Below, in pieces: positions 20,553 through 29,733 of a stretch of DNA of 48,279 nucleotides. The notes beneath the pieces are model-generated. The model did not search any database, had not been told where the DNA came from, and saw nothing but the letters and a program-made list of their open reading frames with translations. Position 1 is the first letter of the stretch; each line of letters begins with the position of its first letter. Location: positions 1 to 48,279 of IMG/VR virus record IMGVR_UViG_3300017446_000001, one strand, 5' to 3'. The position numbers were made by a program, and so were the translations under genes. Source of the DNA: a virus.

Positions 20553-21922
20553 CGCTGGAAGTATTCCCGTATCAGGACGAGGGCGCGCGGTTCCTGGCAT
20601 CGCGCGCCCGCGCTGGCCTGCTGGACAAGCCCGGCGTGGGCAAGACGGCGCAGGTGGTGCGCGCCATGGACTACGTGGGCGCCCGCCGCGGCTGGATCAC
20701 CTGTCCGGCCGTGGCCCGCGAGCACTGGCGCGGCGAGTTCAGCAAGTTCGGCCGCATCCGGCGCAAGGTGTGCAAGGGCGAAACCATGCACGACTTCGTG
20801 GCGTGGGCGCACGGGCACTTCGATGTCATGGTCACGTCCTACGACATGGCGGCGCGCTGGTCCACGCATCTGCATGAACGCTGCGAGGTGCTGGACAGCA
20901 TGGCTATCGACGAGGCGCACTATCTGAAAAACGACCTGACGCGCCGCTCGATCAGCCTGTTGGGGCCAGGTGCTGACGGCGCGCACGGCGCGGTGCAGTG
21001 GGCCAAGCAAGGCTGGTGGCTGACGGGCACCCCGGTGCCCAACGACCCCATCGACATCTACACCTTCTTGCGCTTCACGGGCGCAATGCCGCTGGAAAAG
21101 AAGCCGTTTTCGGAACGCTACTTCACCAGCCGCTCGACGACCTACGGTAGCGTGCAGCGTGCACGCCCCGAGATGACGGACGAACTGCGCACGCTGATCG
21201 CGAACAACAGCCTGTGCCGGACGGTCGAAGATACCGGCGTGTTCCTGCCGCCAATCTTCCTGACCACCTATCTGGTGGACGGTAGCACGGCCGAGGTGCG
21301 CCAGTTGCTGCGCGAACATCCGGGGCTCGACGAAGCGATCATCAAGGCGCTGGACAGCGACAAGGGGGTGGCGGGCCTGACGGCTGCACATGTCGCCACG
21401 CTGCGCCGGCTGCTGGGCGAGGCGAAGGCCGTCCCGTACTCCGCGCTGCTGCTGGGCGAGTTGGAAAGCGGCCTGGACAAGATGGTGGTGTTCGCGCACC
21501 ACAAGACGGCCTTGAAGATCGTGCGGGACTACTTGGCCAAGCACAACATCCGCTGCGGCGTGATCGACGGCAGCACGCCCGAGAAAGAGCGCGTCGCCAT
21601 CGTGCAGGCGTTCCAGTCCGACCCGACATTCCGGGTGGTGCTGGCCAACATCCGCGCCGCTGGCACCGCGCTGACGCTGACGGCCGCCTGCAACATCGAC
21701 ATGCTTGAAAGCGATTGGGCGCCCGCGGCGAACTACCAAGCCATCAAGCGGGTACACAGATTGACGCAGACGCGCAAGGTGCGCGCCCGCATGATCACCC
21801 TGGCCAACAGTTTCGACGTGGATGTCAACCGCGTCGTGGCCATGAAAACAGCGGCCGTTGGCGAACTCGACATCGCCAGCAGCCAGTCCGACACCCTATC
21901 CATGGAGCACATGTTGTCGTGA
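20549..21922 (+). CDS. SNF2-family (DEAD/DEAH-box) helicase
   Basis: It has an ATGA overlap. Translation is MTLEVFPYQDEGARFLASRARAGLLDKPGVGKTAQ (Walker A) ... AIDEAHYLKN (DEAH box) ... the C-terminal helicase block VVFAHHKTALKIV...VLANIRAAGTALTLTAACNIDMLESDWAPAANYQAIKRVHR. Confidence 0.85.
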   Translation: MTLEVFPYQDEGARFLASRARAGLLDKPGVGKTAQVVRAMDYVGARRGWITCPAVAREHWRGEFSKFGRIRRKVCKGETMHDFVAWAHGHFDVMVTSYDMAARWSTHLHERCEVLDSMAIDEAHYLKNDLTRRSISLLGPGADGAHGAVQWAKQGWWLTGTPVPNDPIDIYTFLRFTGAMPLEKKPFSERYFTSRSTTYGSVQRARPEMTDELRTLIANNSLCRTVEDTGVFLPPIFLTTYLVDGSTAEVRQLLREHPGLDEAIIKALDSDKGVAGLTAAHVATLRRLLGEAKAVPYSALLLGELESGLDKMVVFAHHKTALKIVRDYLAKHNIRCGVIDGSTPEKERVAIVQAFQSDPTFRVVLANIRAAGTALTLTAACNIDMLESDWAPAANYQAIKRVHRLTQTRKVRARMITLANSFDVDVNRVVAMKTAAVGELDIASSQSDTLSMEHMLS

Positions 21923-22221
21923 CGATTGAGCAGCAGCTTGCACTTCTTTCACAGGCGGGATGGGAAGCATGGCACATCGGCCGCAGCTTCGTGCGGGGCG
22001 AGTGGTCCGTGCGCATCATCAACCCCGAGGCCCACCGCTGGACCAACGGGAAGCCGGGTGACAGCATGCACGACCGGCCCGACGTGTCCCGGTCGATGCA
22101 AGGCGATACCCTGCAGCACGCGCTGCAGCAGCTGATCGACGATTTGGACCTGCAGCCGGTGCAGAGAAAAATCGCACCGCCTGCCGTTCCGGCCATTGAC
22201 CTAGCCGCGCTGCTTCGATAA
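21919..22221 (+). CDS. Hypothetical protein (100 aa)
   Basis: It has a GTGA overlap. Translation is (M)TIEQQLALLSQAGWEAWHIGRSFVRGEWSVRIINPEAHRWTNGKPGDSMHDRPDVSRSMQGDTLQHALQQLIDDL... Confidence 0.65.
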   Translation: MTIEQQLALLSQAGWEAWHIGRSFVRGEWSVRIINPEAHRWTNGKPGDSMHDRPDVSRSMQGDTLQHALQQLIDDLDLQPVQRKIAPPAVPAIDLAALLR

Positions 22222-22270
22222 GTTTTTAACGCGACCAAGACCTAACCCCCAATTTTCTTTGGAGCGATCC

Positions 22271-22678
22271 ATGCCCAACACCTTCACCATCACGACCGAC
22301 GACGCCGATCTGCACGCCAAGCTGCTGGCCGTGGTCAACGGCGGCGCCGCCCCGGCCGCTGCCATGACCGCCGCGAGCCCCGCCCTGGCCGCGCCGACCA
22401 CGACCGCCCCTGCCCCGATGGCCGCGCCCGCTGCCCCGGTGCCGCCCGCTGCCCCTGCCGCGGCCCCCGCGCCGGCCGCCCCCGCTGTCGCGCACGGCCC
22501 GGCGCCCGCCGGCTGGACGCAGGAGCACATCGTGTCCGCGCTCGGTGCGCTCGGCGCCAACGCTGCCAAGGGCGGCCCGGCCGCGGTGCAGAAGCTGCTG
22601 CAGGAATACGGCGCCACCAGCGTGTCCGGCCTGAACCCGGCGCAGTGGCCGGAGATTTACGCCAAGGCGACGGCGTAA
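22271..22678 (+). CDS. Hypothetical protein with an Ala/Pro-rich linker
   Basis: The ATG at 22271 follows GGAG. The leader CTTTGGAGCgATCCATG resembles that of the gene at 19027. Translation is MPNTFTITTDDADLHAKLLAVVNGG...(AP-rich)...GWTQEHIVSALGALGANAAKGGPAAVQKLLQEYGATSVSGLNPAQWPEIYAKATA. Confidence 0.7.
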   Translation: MPNTFTITTDDADLHAKLLAVVNGGAAPAAAMTAASPALAAPTTTAPAPMAAPAAPVPPAAPAAAPAPAAPAVAHGPAPAGWTQEHIVSALGALGANAAKGGPAAVQKLLQEYGATSVSGLNPAQWPEIYAKATA

Positions 22679-22689
22679 GGCTTCCGACG

Positions 22690-23928
22690 ATGGCCCCGAA
22701 CCACGATCAGCGGCAGCACGCCAAGTACAGCAGCAGCCGCATCCATCGGGTTCGGGGCTGTCCCGGCTACGTCGCGTTCTCGGCGGGCGTTCCGTCCGTC
22801 GAGAACGCTGCGGCGCTAGAAGGCACACAGGCCCACCAGTTTCTTGAACTGGCCCTGATGGGCATCAGCGTGAAAGCAGATTGCACACCCGAGATGTGGC
22901 GAGCCATTGAGGTGGTGCTGGACTACGTGGAAAGCGTGGCCATCACGCACCCCGGCCGGCTTGTGGTAATGCCCGAGGAGCCTGTCACCTTTCCGCAGTC
23001 GATCGTACCCGCGGACCAGTGCGGCGGCATCGGTGACATCTTGATGTATGACGCCAGCGAGCAGGAAGGGTGGTCCGTTGACTTCAAGTACGGCCACCTG
23101 TTCGTCAGCGAGAAGCGCAACCCGCAGACGCTGTTCAACGCGGTTGGCAAGTGGTGGCACACCCCGATCAAGCGGCTGCACCTCGTCGTCATCCAGCCCA
23201 ACTGCTACCAGGGCGACGCCGTGCGCACCGACACCGTTGGGCCGGTCGAGATGGCCGAGTTCCAGATGGAGGTAGAGGCGGCCATCCGTGCCGCCGAGCA
23301 GCCCGACGCGCCGCTGGTGGCGGGGCCGCACTGCCGCTGGTGCGAGCGCGAACTGACGTGTCCGGTGCGTGAGCAGCGCGCCCTGGCCGTCGTGGACCCC
23401 ATGCTGACCAAGGTGCAGCAACTGGACGACCTGGCGCTGCCGGCGCCGCATGAGATACCGGCTGACAAGCTAGCCTACATCCTGCGCCACGCGGACGAAC
23501 TGCGCACCTTCCTGTCGGCGGCCGAGAAGCACGCGCTGACCCTGGCGCTGTCCGGGCTAACCGTGCCGGATCACAAGCTGGTCGAGGCGACAGCCCGCCG
23601 GCAGTTCCCGGACGCCGTGGCGCCCACCGCGGCTCGCCTGTCGGCGCTGACGCAGGGCGCCATCGAGCCCACCGAGTTCACCGAGGTCGTGCTGAAAGGC
23701 GTGACCAAGGTTGAGGCTATCCTGGCCGAGCACGCTGCCCTGCACGCCCCGAAGGGCTCGCAGCGTCAGGCGGTTCGGGATATGAAAGAGCGGCTGGCGT
23801 TCCTCACTCCGCGCCAGTCGAGCGGCAACCTGACCCTCGCGCATATCAGCGACAGCAGGCCCGCCGCACTGACCAAGGTTGCCGCCGGCTTTGCTGGCGT
23901 CAGCATCCCGCTCCCACCCGCACCGTAG
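22690..23928 (+). CDS. PD-(D/E)XK Cas4-like nuclease (DUF2800 family)
   Basis: Translation is MAPNHDQRQHAKYSSSRIHRVRGCPGY...EGTQAHQFLE...GGIGDILMYDASEQEGWSVDFKYG... with the C-terminal Cys cluster PHCRWCERELTCP. One N-terminal and three C-terminal Cys match a Cas4/AddB-type Fe-S arrangement. It lies upstream of the DUF2815 SSB and PolA, as in known replication modules. Confidence 0.8.
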   Translation: MAPNHDQRQHAKYSSSRIHRVRGCPGYVAFSAGVPSVENAAALEGTQAHQFLELALMGISVKADCTPEMWRAIEVVLDYVESVAITHPGRLVVMPEEPVTFPQSIVPADQCGGIGDILMYDASEQEGWSVDFKYGHLFVSEKRNPQTLFNAVGKWWHTPIKRLHLVVIQPNCYQGDAVRTDTVGPVEMAEFQMEVEAAIRAAEQPDAPLVAGPHCRWCERELTCPVREQRALAVVDPMLTKVQQLDDLALPAPHEIPADKLAYILRHADELRTFLSAAEKHALTLALSGLTVPDHKLVEATARRQFPDAVAPTAARLSALTQGAIEPTEFTEVVLKGVTKVEAILAEHAALHAPKGSQRQAVRDMKERLAFLTPRQSSGNLTLAHISDSRPAALTKVAAGFAGVSIPLPPAP

Positions 23929-23937
23929 GATACGACT

Positions 23938-24141
23938 GTGGCAAACCCCATCATGCGCTATTTTGGCTTCATGCACCTGCCGCAAAATTCGCTGGGCCGC
24001 ACCAGCGAGCACGTTCACGACCTGGCGGCCTACATGGACGAAACGCTGCCGGACGGCCCTGAGAAGTCCGCCGGACTGCGCAAGCTGCTCGAAGCCAAGG
24101 ATTGCTTCGTGCGCGCCGCGCTCGACATCAAGGAAGGCTGA
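23938..24141 (+). CDS. Hypothetical small protein (67 aa; the ATG at 23953 is an alternative start)
   Basis: The GTG follows AGGA at 8 nt. Translation is (M)ANPIMRYFGFMHLPQNSLGRTSEHVHDLAAYMDETLPDGPEKSAGLRKLLEAKDCFVRAALDIKEG. Confidence 0.65.
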   Translation: MANPIMRYFGFMHLPQNSLGRTSEHVHDLAAYMDETLPDGPEKSAGLRKLLEAKDCFVRAALDIKEG

Positions 24142-24147
24142 ACCACC

Positions 24148-24987
24148 ATGCCCATGAACCAGTCTCGCCTGCCCGACGATTGGGTGGCCCGCGCCATCGC
24201 TTCGTCGCCCTTCGTCAAGCTGTCCGATAAGAACTATCGGACCTGCCCCGGCCGCCTGTCGTTCGTCCACGCAGTCAATCCGATCACGCAGGACGCCAAC
24301 GGCGTGCAGCTGGCCACGCCTAAGTACGAAGTCACCTGGCTCGGCCCGCCGGGCAGCAACGAGCAGATCGACGCCGTGCTGTGGCCCGACGTGTACGCCA
24401 CCTGCAAGGCCCGCTGGCCGGCGCGCGTGCAGGCGAACGGCCAGATGCTTGGCCTGCACCTGCCCTGGCGCGATCAGGGCGAGCGCATCAACCGTAAGAC
24501 CGGGCAACTGTACGGCGGCATGAACCCCGGCCTGCGCTCGATCAAGATGAGCACCGAGTACAAGCCGCAGGTGGTCGATCATCTCGGCAACCCCGTGGTG
24601 GACCCGAAGCGCATCTATGCCGGCGTGTGGGCTGTGCTGCTGTTCAACACCTACGACTACGACAACAAGCAGTCGGGTGTCGGCGCGGGGCTCAACGGCA
24701 TCATGCTGGTGGCGGACGACACGACGCTGGAAGGCGGCGGGCCGGACATGAAGGCGGCGTTCAGCGGCGTGCAGGTGGAAGCCCGCTTCGACGCCGCGGC
24801 CAGCTTCGGTGCAGCCCCGCCGCCCGGCGTGCCCGGTGCGCCGCCCCCGCCGCCGGGTGCTGCCTTCCTGCCGACGCCGCAGACGGTGCGCAACCCGCCC
24901 CCGCCGGTTCCGGGCCAGGCTGTGCTGCCGCCGCCCGGTGCGCCGGCCGCGCCCGCCGCCTTCGACATGGCGAGCCTGCTGTCGTGA
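24148..24987 (+). CDS. Single-stranded DNA-binding protein, DUF2815 / T7 gp2.5-like
   Basis: Translation is MPMNQSRLPDDWVARAIASSPFVKLSDKNYRTCPGRLSFVHAVNPITQD...GVWAVLLFNTYDYDNKQSGVGAGLNGIMLVADD... It has a Pro-rich linker and a short C-terminal tail, AAFDMASLLS. Confidence 0.75.
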   Translation: MPMNQSRLPDDWVARAIASSPFVKLSDKNYRTCPGRLSFVHAVNPITQDANGVQLATPKYEVTWLGPPGSNEQIDAVLWPDVYATCKARWPARVQANGQMLGLHLPWRDQGERINRKTGQLYGGMNPGLRSIKMSTEYKPQVVDHLGNPVVDPKRIYAGVWAVLLFNTYDYDNKQSGVGAGLNGIMLVADDTTLEGGGPDMKAAFSGVQVEARFDAAASFGAAPPPGVPGAPPPPPGAAFLPTPQTVRNPPPPVPGQAVLPPPGAPAAPAAFDMASLLS

Positions 24988-25085
24988 GGCGGCCCCTGCC
25001 TGGACACGTGGCGCTGGCGCTATGGATCGGGGTGGGTGTGTTGGCTTGGTTGGGCGTCATCTCACTCGCACACTGGATTGGCTGA
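24984..25085 (+). CDS. Possible 33-aa membrane peptide (not in the ORF track as such)
   Basis: It has a GTGA overlap with the SSB stop. Translation is (M)RRPLPGHVALALWIGVGVLAWLGVISLAHWIG. The stop lies 2 nt before the polymerase ATG. Confidence 0.4.
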   Translation: MRRPLPGHVALALWIGVGVLAWLGVISLAHWIG

Positions 25086-25087
25086 CG

Positions 25088-27448
25088 ATGCTGATTGCGC
25101 ACCTCGACTTCGAGACTGCTTCGCCTGTCGAGTTGCGCACCAGCGGCGTGTACAAGCAGATGGAGCACCCCGGCACCCGCGTGTGGGGCTTCCGCTACTT
25201 CATCGGTCCCAAGGGCGGCATCGTCCCGGCCAAGGAACTGATGAAGCAGTGGCGGCCGGGCTGGGCGGACCCTGTGGACTTGCTGCAGCACATCGCAGCC
25301 GGCGGCATGGTCGTAGCGCACAACGCCGCCTTCGAGCGCACCGTGTGGAACTGGCTGCTGCGCTGGCGCTACGGCCTGCGCCACTGGCCGGTCCTGCCTG
25401 TCGAGCAGATGGACTGCACCATGGCGCGCTGCGCCGCCCTTGCTATTCCCGCCAGCCTGGAAATTGGCGCCATCGTTCTCGGTGCGAAAGCCGAGAAGGA
25501 CATGGAGGGCAACGCGGTGATGAAGAAGATGATGCGTCCGCGCACCCGCGCGCTGTGCGTGCCGTGCGGTGGCACCGGCCGCACCGTGCGTCAGGATGGC
25601 GAGACGCAGACGTGCCTGCACTGCGACGGCGCGGGCGAGACGTACACGTGGTGGGACGCGCCCGAGTTGATCGAGCGCAACATGCTGTACTGCGGCCAGG
25701 ACGTGGTGACGGAAGGCGAGATTGACACGCTGGTGCAAGACCTGTCGCCGCGCGAGCGCCAGGTGTGGATGCACGACCAGCAGGTGAACGACCGCGGCGT
25801 GCTGCTGGACATCCCGACCATCAAGCGCGCCATCAAGCTGCGCGACTACGCGAAGCTGCGGCTGAACAAGCAGATGAAGGAACTGACCGGCGGCGCGGTT
25901 GAGAAGTATTCGCAGACGAAGCGCCTTGTAGGCTGGATCAACAGTCTCGGCATCGCCTGCACCAGCGTCGCCAAGGACAAGCAGGCCGAGGTGCTGGCCG
26001 ATGCGGACGAGGAACTTGGCGAGGACATCGAGTTCACCAGCGGCGAAAGCAAGCTGCCGCACGTCGTCAGCCGCGCCATGGAAGTGCGGCGCCTCGCGAA
26101 CAAGACCAGCACCGCCAAGTTCACCGCCATGCTGTCGGCGGCCTGCAGCGATGGCCGCGCACGTGGGCTGATCAGTTACCACGGCACCAGCACCGGCCGG
26201 TACGCAGGCCGCTTGATCCAGCCGCACAACCTGTACCGCATTGACTACGAGCGGGACGGCAGCAGCATCAAGCACACAGTGGACATCCTGCTGCAGCACG
26301 CAGACCCCAGCGACGCCTTCTTCATGATGGAGGTGCTGGTGGGGCACCCCATGGAGATGCTGGCCAAGGCACTGCGCACCATGTTCATCGCGGCGCCGGG
26401 CAACAAGCTGGTGGGCGCGGACCTATCGAACATCGAAGGCCGCCTGGCTGCGTGGCTGGCTGGCGAGGACTGGAAGCTGGAAGCCTTTCGCGCCTACGAC
26501 AGCGGTACGGGCGCCGATCTTTACAACATCTCCTATGCGCGGTCGTTCGGCATCGACGTGAAGGCCGTGACGAAGGCGATGCGCCAGTTGGGCAAGGTGC
26601 AGGAGCTGTCGCTGGGCTACCAGGGCAGCGTCGGCGCCTTCCTGAACATGGGTAAAAACTACGGCTTGAAGCCTGCCGAACTGGTCGAGCCCGTGCGCGC
26701 CGCCACATCGCCGGACGAGTGGCAGGAGATGATGCTGCGCTATGCCGGCGCCCGCGATAAGCACGGGCTGCCCCAGGACCAGTGGGTGGCGGTGAAGATC
26801 ATCGTCGGCGGCTGGCGTGGCGCGCATCCGCTGATCACGCAAAGCTGGTGGGATCTGCAGGACGCCGCTGTGGAGGCTGTCAGCGAGCCCGGCCGCGTCG
26901 TGCATGTGCTCGACGGCAAGGCGGCCTACCTAGCGTCCGGCGGCTTCCTGTGGTGCCAGTTGCCCAGCGGCCGGGTGCTGGCCTACTGCCGCCCGCGCGT
27001 GGCCTACGAGATCACCGCGAGCATCGTCTATGATGACGGCCGCGCTGCCTTCGTGATCGAGGACTACCGGGACAGCGACAAGGATCACTGGACGGTGCAG
27101 GGCCAGATCACGGGCGGCAAGCTAAAGATCAAGACGCGTAAAAAAGTTATGTACGAAGGCTACGAAGGCGATAAGAAGCGTTGGGGCGTGTTCAGCCTCT
27201 ATGGGGGCATGCAGTTCAACCACATCGACCAGGGCTCGGCCCGCGACGTGCTGGTGGACGCCATGTTCCGAGTGGAGGACGCCGGCTATCCGGTGGTGCT
27301 GCACGTGCACGACGAAGCTGTCAGCGAGGTGGGCCACAACTTCGGTTCCGCTGCTGAGTACGAAACGCTGATCGCCACCAACCCTGCTTGGCTGCCGGGC
27401 GCACCGCTCGCGTCGAAGGGCTGGGAAGGGCCGCGGTACGGGAAATGA
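25088..27448 (+). CDS. Family A DNA polymerase with an N-terminal 3'-5' exonuclease domain
   Basis: From the ATG at 25088 the translation is MLIAHLDFETAS (Exo I) ... VAHNAAFERTVW ... YCGQDVVTEGE ... RQLGKVQELSLGYQGSVGAF (motif B-like) ... VLHVHDEAVSE (motif C). It is 786 aa. The upstream 93 codons of the listed ORF overlap the SSB gene in another frame. Confidence 0.9.
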   Translation: MLIAHLDFETASPVELRTSGVYKQMEHPGTRVWGFRYFIGPKGGIVPAKELMKQWRPGWADPVDLLQHIAAGGMVVAHNAAFERTVWNWLLRWRYGLRHWPVLPVEQMDCTMARCAALAIPASLEIGAIVLGAKAEKDMEGNAVMKKMMRPRTRALCVPCGGTGRTVRQDGETQTCLHCDGAGETYTWWDAPELIERNMLYCGQDVVTEGEIDTLVQDLSPRERQVWMHDQQVNDRGVLLDIPTIKRAIKLRDYAKLRLNKQMKELTGGAVEKYSQTKRLVGWINSLGIACTSVAKDKQAEVLADADEELGEDIEFTSGESKLPHVVSRAMEVRRLANKTSTAKFTAMLSAACSDGRARGLISYHGTSTGRYAGRLIQPHNLYRIDYERDGSSIKHTVDILLQHADPSDAFFMMEVLVGHPMEMLAKALRTMFIAAPGNKLVGADLSNIEGRLAAWLAGEDWKLEAFRAYDSGTGADLYNISYARSFGIDVKAVTKAMRQLGKVQELSLGYQGSVGAFLNMGKNYGLKPAELVEPVRAATSPDEWQEMMLRYAGARDKHGLPQDQWVAVKIIVGGWRGAHPLITQSWWDLQDAAVEAVSEPGRVVHVLDGKAAYLASGGFLWCQLPSGRVLAYCRPRVAYEITASIVYDDGRAAFVIEDYRDSDKDHWTVQGQITGGKLKIKTRKKVMYEGYEGDKKRWGVFSLYGGMQFNHIDQGSARDVLVDAMFRVEDAGYPVVLHVHDEAVSEVGHNFGSAAEYETLIATNPAWLPGAPLASKGWEGPRYGK

Positions 27449-27705
27449 CCATGGACGAGACAACGATGACCCCGATGCAGCGGAAGCTGTTCAGCCACCT
27501 TCGCAGCGGCCGGGACGTGACGATCAGCAAGCTGCACCACGCGCTGTACGGGACCAGCACGGTCACGCCGACCCGGCAGCAGCAGCAGTTGGGGCCGCAC
27601 ATCGGCCGCCTGAACGCCCGCCTGGAACCGCAGGGCTTCCGTGTGCGTCCCGGCGTGGCGCGCGGCTCGTACCGCTTGTACCCGATCCAGGCACCGGCAG
27701 CCTGA
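27445..27705 (+). CDS. Stand-alone winged-helix DNA-binding protein (OmpR/PhoB effector-domain-like)
   Basis: It has an ATGA overlap with the polymerase stop. Translation is MTMDETTMTPMQRKLFSHLRSGRDVTISKLHHALYGTSTVTPTRQQQQLGPHIGRLNARLEPQGFRVRPGVARGSYRLY. This matches the LT..E..L...L...V.....L...LYG.....L...I.RLR.KL...I....G.GY.L pattern, and no receiver domain is present. Confidence 0.6.
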   Translation: MTMDETTMTPMQRKLFSHLRSGRDVTISKLHHALYGTSTVTPTRQQQQLGPHIGRLNARLEPQGFRVRPGVARGSYRLYPIQAPAA

Positions 27706-27711
27706 TCCAGC

Positions 27712-29733
27712 ATGAGCAAGGTCGAGGCGGCCGTTGATTGGGCACGCCGCGGCTTCCGTGTGTTCCCCTGCATGCCGGACGAACCCGGCCAGGAGGGTAA
27801 CGGGAAGCGCGCCAAGCGTCCTGCGTGGGAAGGCTGGACCGAGTGGGCCAGCACGGATGAAGCAACGATCCGGGGGTGGTGGGGGCACCATGAGTTCAAC
27901 GTCGGTGTGCTGACCGACAACCTTGTGGTCGTTGATATCGACAACAAGGAAGGCAAGGACGGCATCGGTTCCTGGCTGTCGCTGCACGGTGCATTCGACA
28001 CGCTGACCGTGCGCAGCCCGTCCGGCGGCATGCACCTCTACTACACGGGCGCCAACGTCGCGATCAATCAGGGCGCGCTGGGCACCGGGCTCGACGTGCG
28101 CAGCCACCACGGCTACGTCATGGCGCCCGGCAGCACCATCAACGGTGTGGCCTACGAGGTGGTGCAGGACACCCCGATGGCGCAGGTGCCGGCCGAGGTG
28201 GTCGCCCGCTGCAAGCCGCCGGGCGAGCGCGCCGCCAACGCCGACCAGGCGCTGGTCGAGGTGGACGATCCGCGGGCGGTCGCCATGGCGGTGCAGGCCA
28301 TCGCCGCGGCCGAGCCCGGTTTGGCTGGCGAACAGTCGGAAGCGGCCTACAAGCTGGCCTGCCGGGTGCGCGACTTCGGCGTCAGCGAGCCCATGGCGTG
28401 CAGCCTGATGGCGCAGTGGGGCCTGCGGTGCATGCCGCCCGTGATCGGTGACGACCTGAACGTGCGCGTCGCCAACGCCTATCTGTATGCACAGAACCCG
28501 GTGGGGCAAAAGCACCCCGATGTGCTGTTCGGTGGGGTGGTCGTGCCGCCCGTACCGGAACTGCTGCCCACGCCGGCCGCGTCGGTCGCGATGGAGACGG
28601 GCGCCTTCGTGTTCGGCAACGCCAAGCTGGGCACCGAGATGCGGGCGCGGCCGTGGGTGCTGCGCCGCCTTCTGTTGCGGGGCGAGATTACCACGCTGAT
28701 CGCACCGGGCGGCGTCGGCAAGTCTCTGGTGCAGCTGCTGATCGCTGCGCACCTGGCGCAAGGCATCGACATGTTCGAGTTCCAGAACCAAGTGAAGGCG
28801 CCGGTCAAGTCGGTGATCTACAACGCCGAGGACAGCCTGGACGAGATGTCAATGCGCCTGCAGGCCATCTGCCTGGCGCTGAACTTCGACTACATGGTGG
28901 TGCGCGAGCGCATCGCGCTGGTGTCGGGCAAGACGCATCTGCGGCTGCGGCTGGTGAAAGGCGGCGCCGAGCCCTGCATCGACATCGAGAACATGACGCT
29001 GCTGCGGGCCGCCGCGATGGACCCGGATGTGGGGCTGATCGGGCTAGATCCCATCAACAAGCTGCACACCGCGAACGGCAACGACAACGTGCAGATGACC
29101 TACGTGATGGAACAGTTGGAGATGCTGGCCGAGCAGACGAACTGCGCGCTGCTGCTGTCGCATCACACCAGCAAGCCCAGCAACGGGGCGCCGCAGATGG
29201 CCGGCAATGCCGACACCTCGCAGGGCGCCGCGGCCGTGGTGAACTCGTCGCGCATCGTGCTGACGCTGACCGCGCCGAGCGATGACGACGCCAGCCGGTA
29301 CGCGCTGCAGGGTGACGAGCGCAAGATGTACCTGCGGCTCGATGATGCGAAGAACAACCGCAGCCTCGTCAGCGACAGCACGACCTGGCTGCGCAAGGTG
29401 CCGGTGCGGCTGATGCTGGGCGAAGGCGACACGGAGGAAGTGGCGGGCCTGGACCGGGCGGACATGCACGCACGCACCGAGCACGCACGCCAGAACATGG
29501 CGCGGCTGCTGGGCGCGGTGCTGATCCATCAGAAGGGCCAGGGGGCGATGTCGCTCAACGAAGCCGCGGCGGCGCTGCGGGCGGCCGACACGCTCTACGA
29601 CAAGATGAAGGTGGAGATAGTCAAGACCCGCATTCAGTCCCACCTGCAGGCCCCCGTGACGCTGGATACTGGCGCCACGGTGGTCTGCTGGCAGGACACG
29701 AAGGGCGGGTGGCTGGTGGGCTTTAGCGAATAG
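27712..29733 (+). CDS. Bifunctional primase-polymerase (PrimPol) fused to a RecA-like (AAA_25/RepA-type) helicase
   Basis: The N-terminus is GFRVFPC...NVGVLTDNLVVVDIDNKEG...VRSPSGGMHLYY...LDVRSHHGYVMAPGS. The C-terminus has the Walker A motif ITTLIAPGGVGKSLVQLL and LLLSHHTSKPS. Confidence 0.85.
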   Translation: MSKVEAAVDWARRGFRVFPCMPDEPGQEGNGKRAKRPAWEGWTEWASTDEATIRGWWGHHEFNVGVLTDNLVVVDIDNKEGKDGIGSWLSLHGAFDTLTVRSPSGGMHLYYTGANVAINQGALGTGLDVRSHHGYVMAPGSTINGVAYEVVQDTPMAQVPAEVVARCKPPGERAANADQALVEVDDPRAVAMAVQAIAAAEPGLAGEQSEAAYKLACRVRDFGVSEPMACSLMAQWGLRCMPPVIGDDLNVRVANAYLYAQNPVGQKHPDVLFGGVVVPPVPELLPTPAASVAMETGAFVFGNAKLGTEMRARPWVLRRLLLRGEITTLIAPGGVGKSLVQLLIAAHLAQGIDMFEFQNQVKAPVKSVIYNAEDSLDEMSMRLQAICLALNFDYMVVRERIALVSGKTHLRLRLVKGGAEPCIDIENMTLLRAAAMDPDVGLIGLDPINKLHTANGNDNVQMTYVMEQLEMLAEQTNCALLLSHHTSKPSNGAPQMAGNADTSQGAAAVVNSSRIVLTLTAPSDDDASRYALQGDERKMYLRLDDAKNNRSLVSDSTTWLRKVPVRLMLGEGDTEEVAGLDRADMHARTEHARQNMARLLGAVLIHQKGQGAMSLNEAAAALRAADTLYDKMKVEIVKTRIQSHLQAPVTLDTGATVVCWQDTKGGWLVGFSE

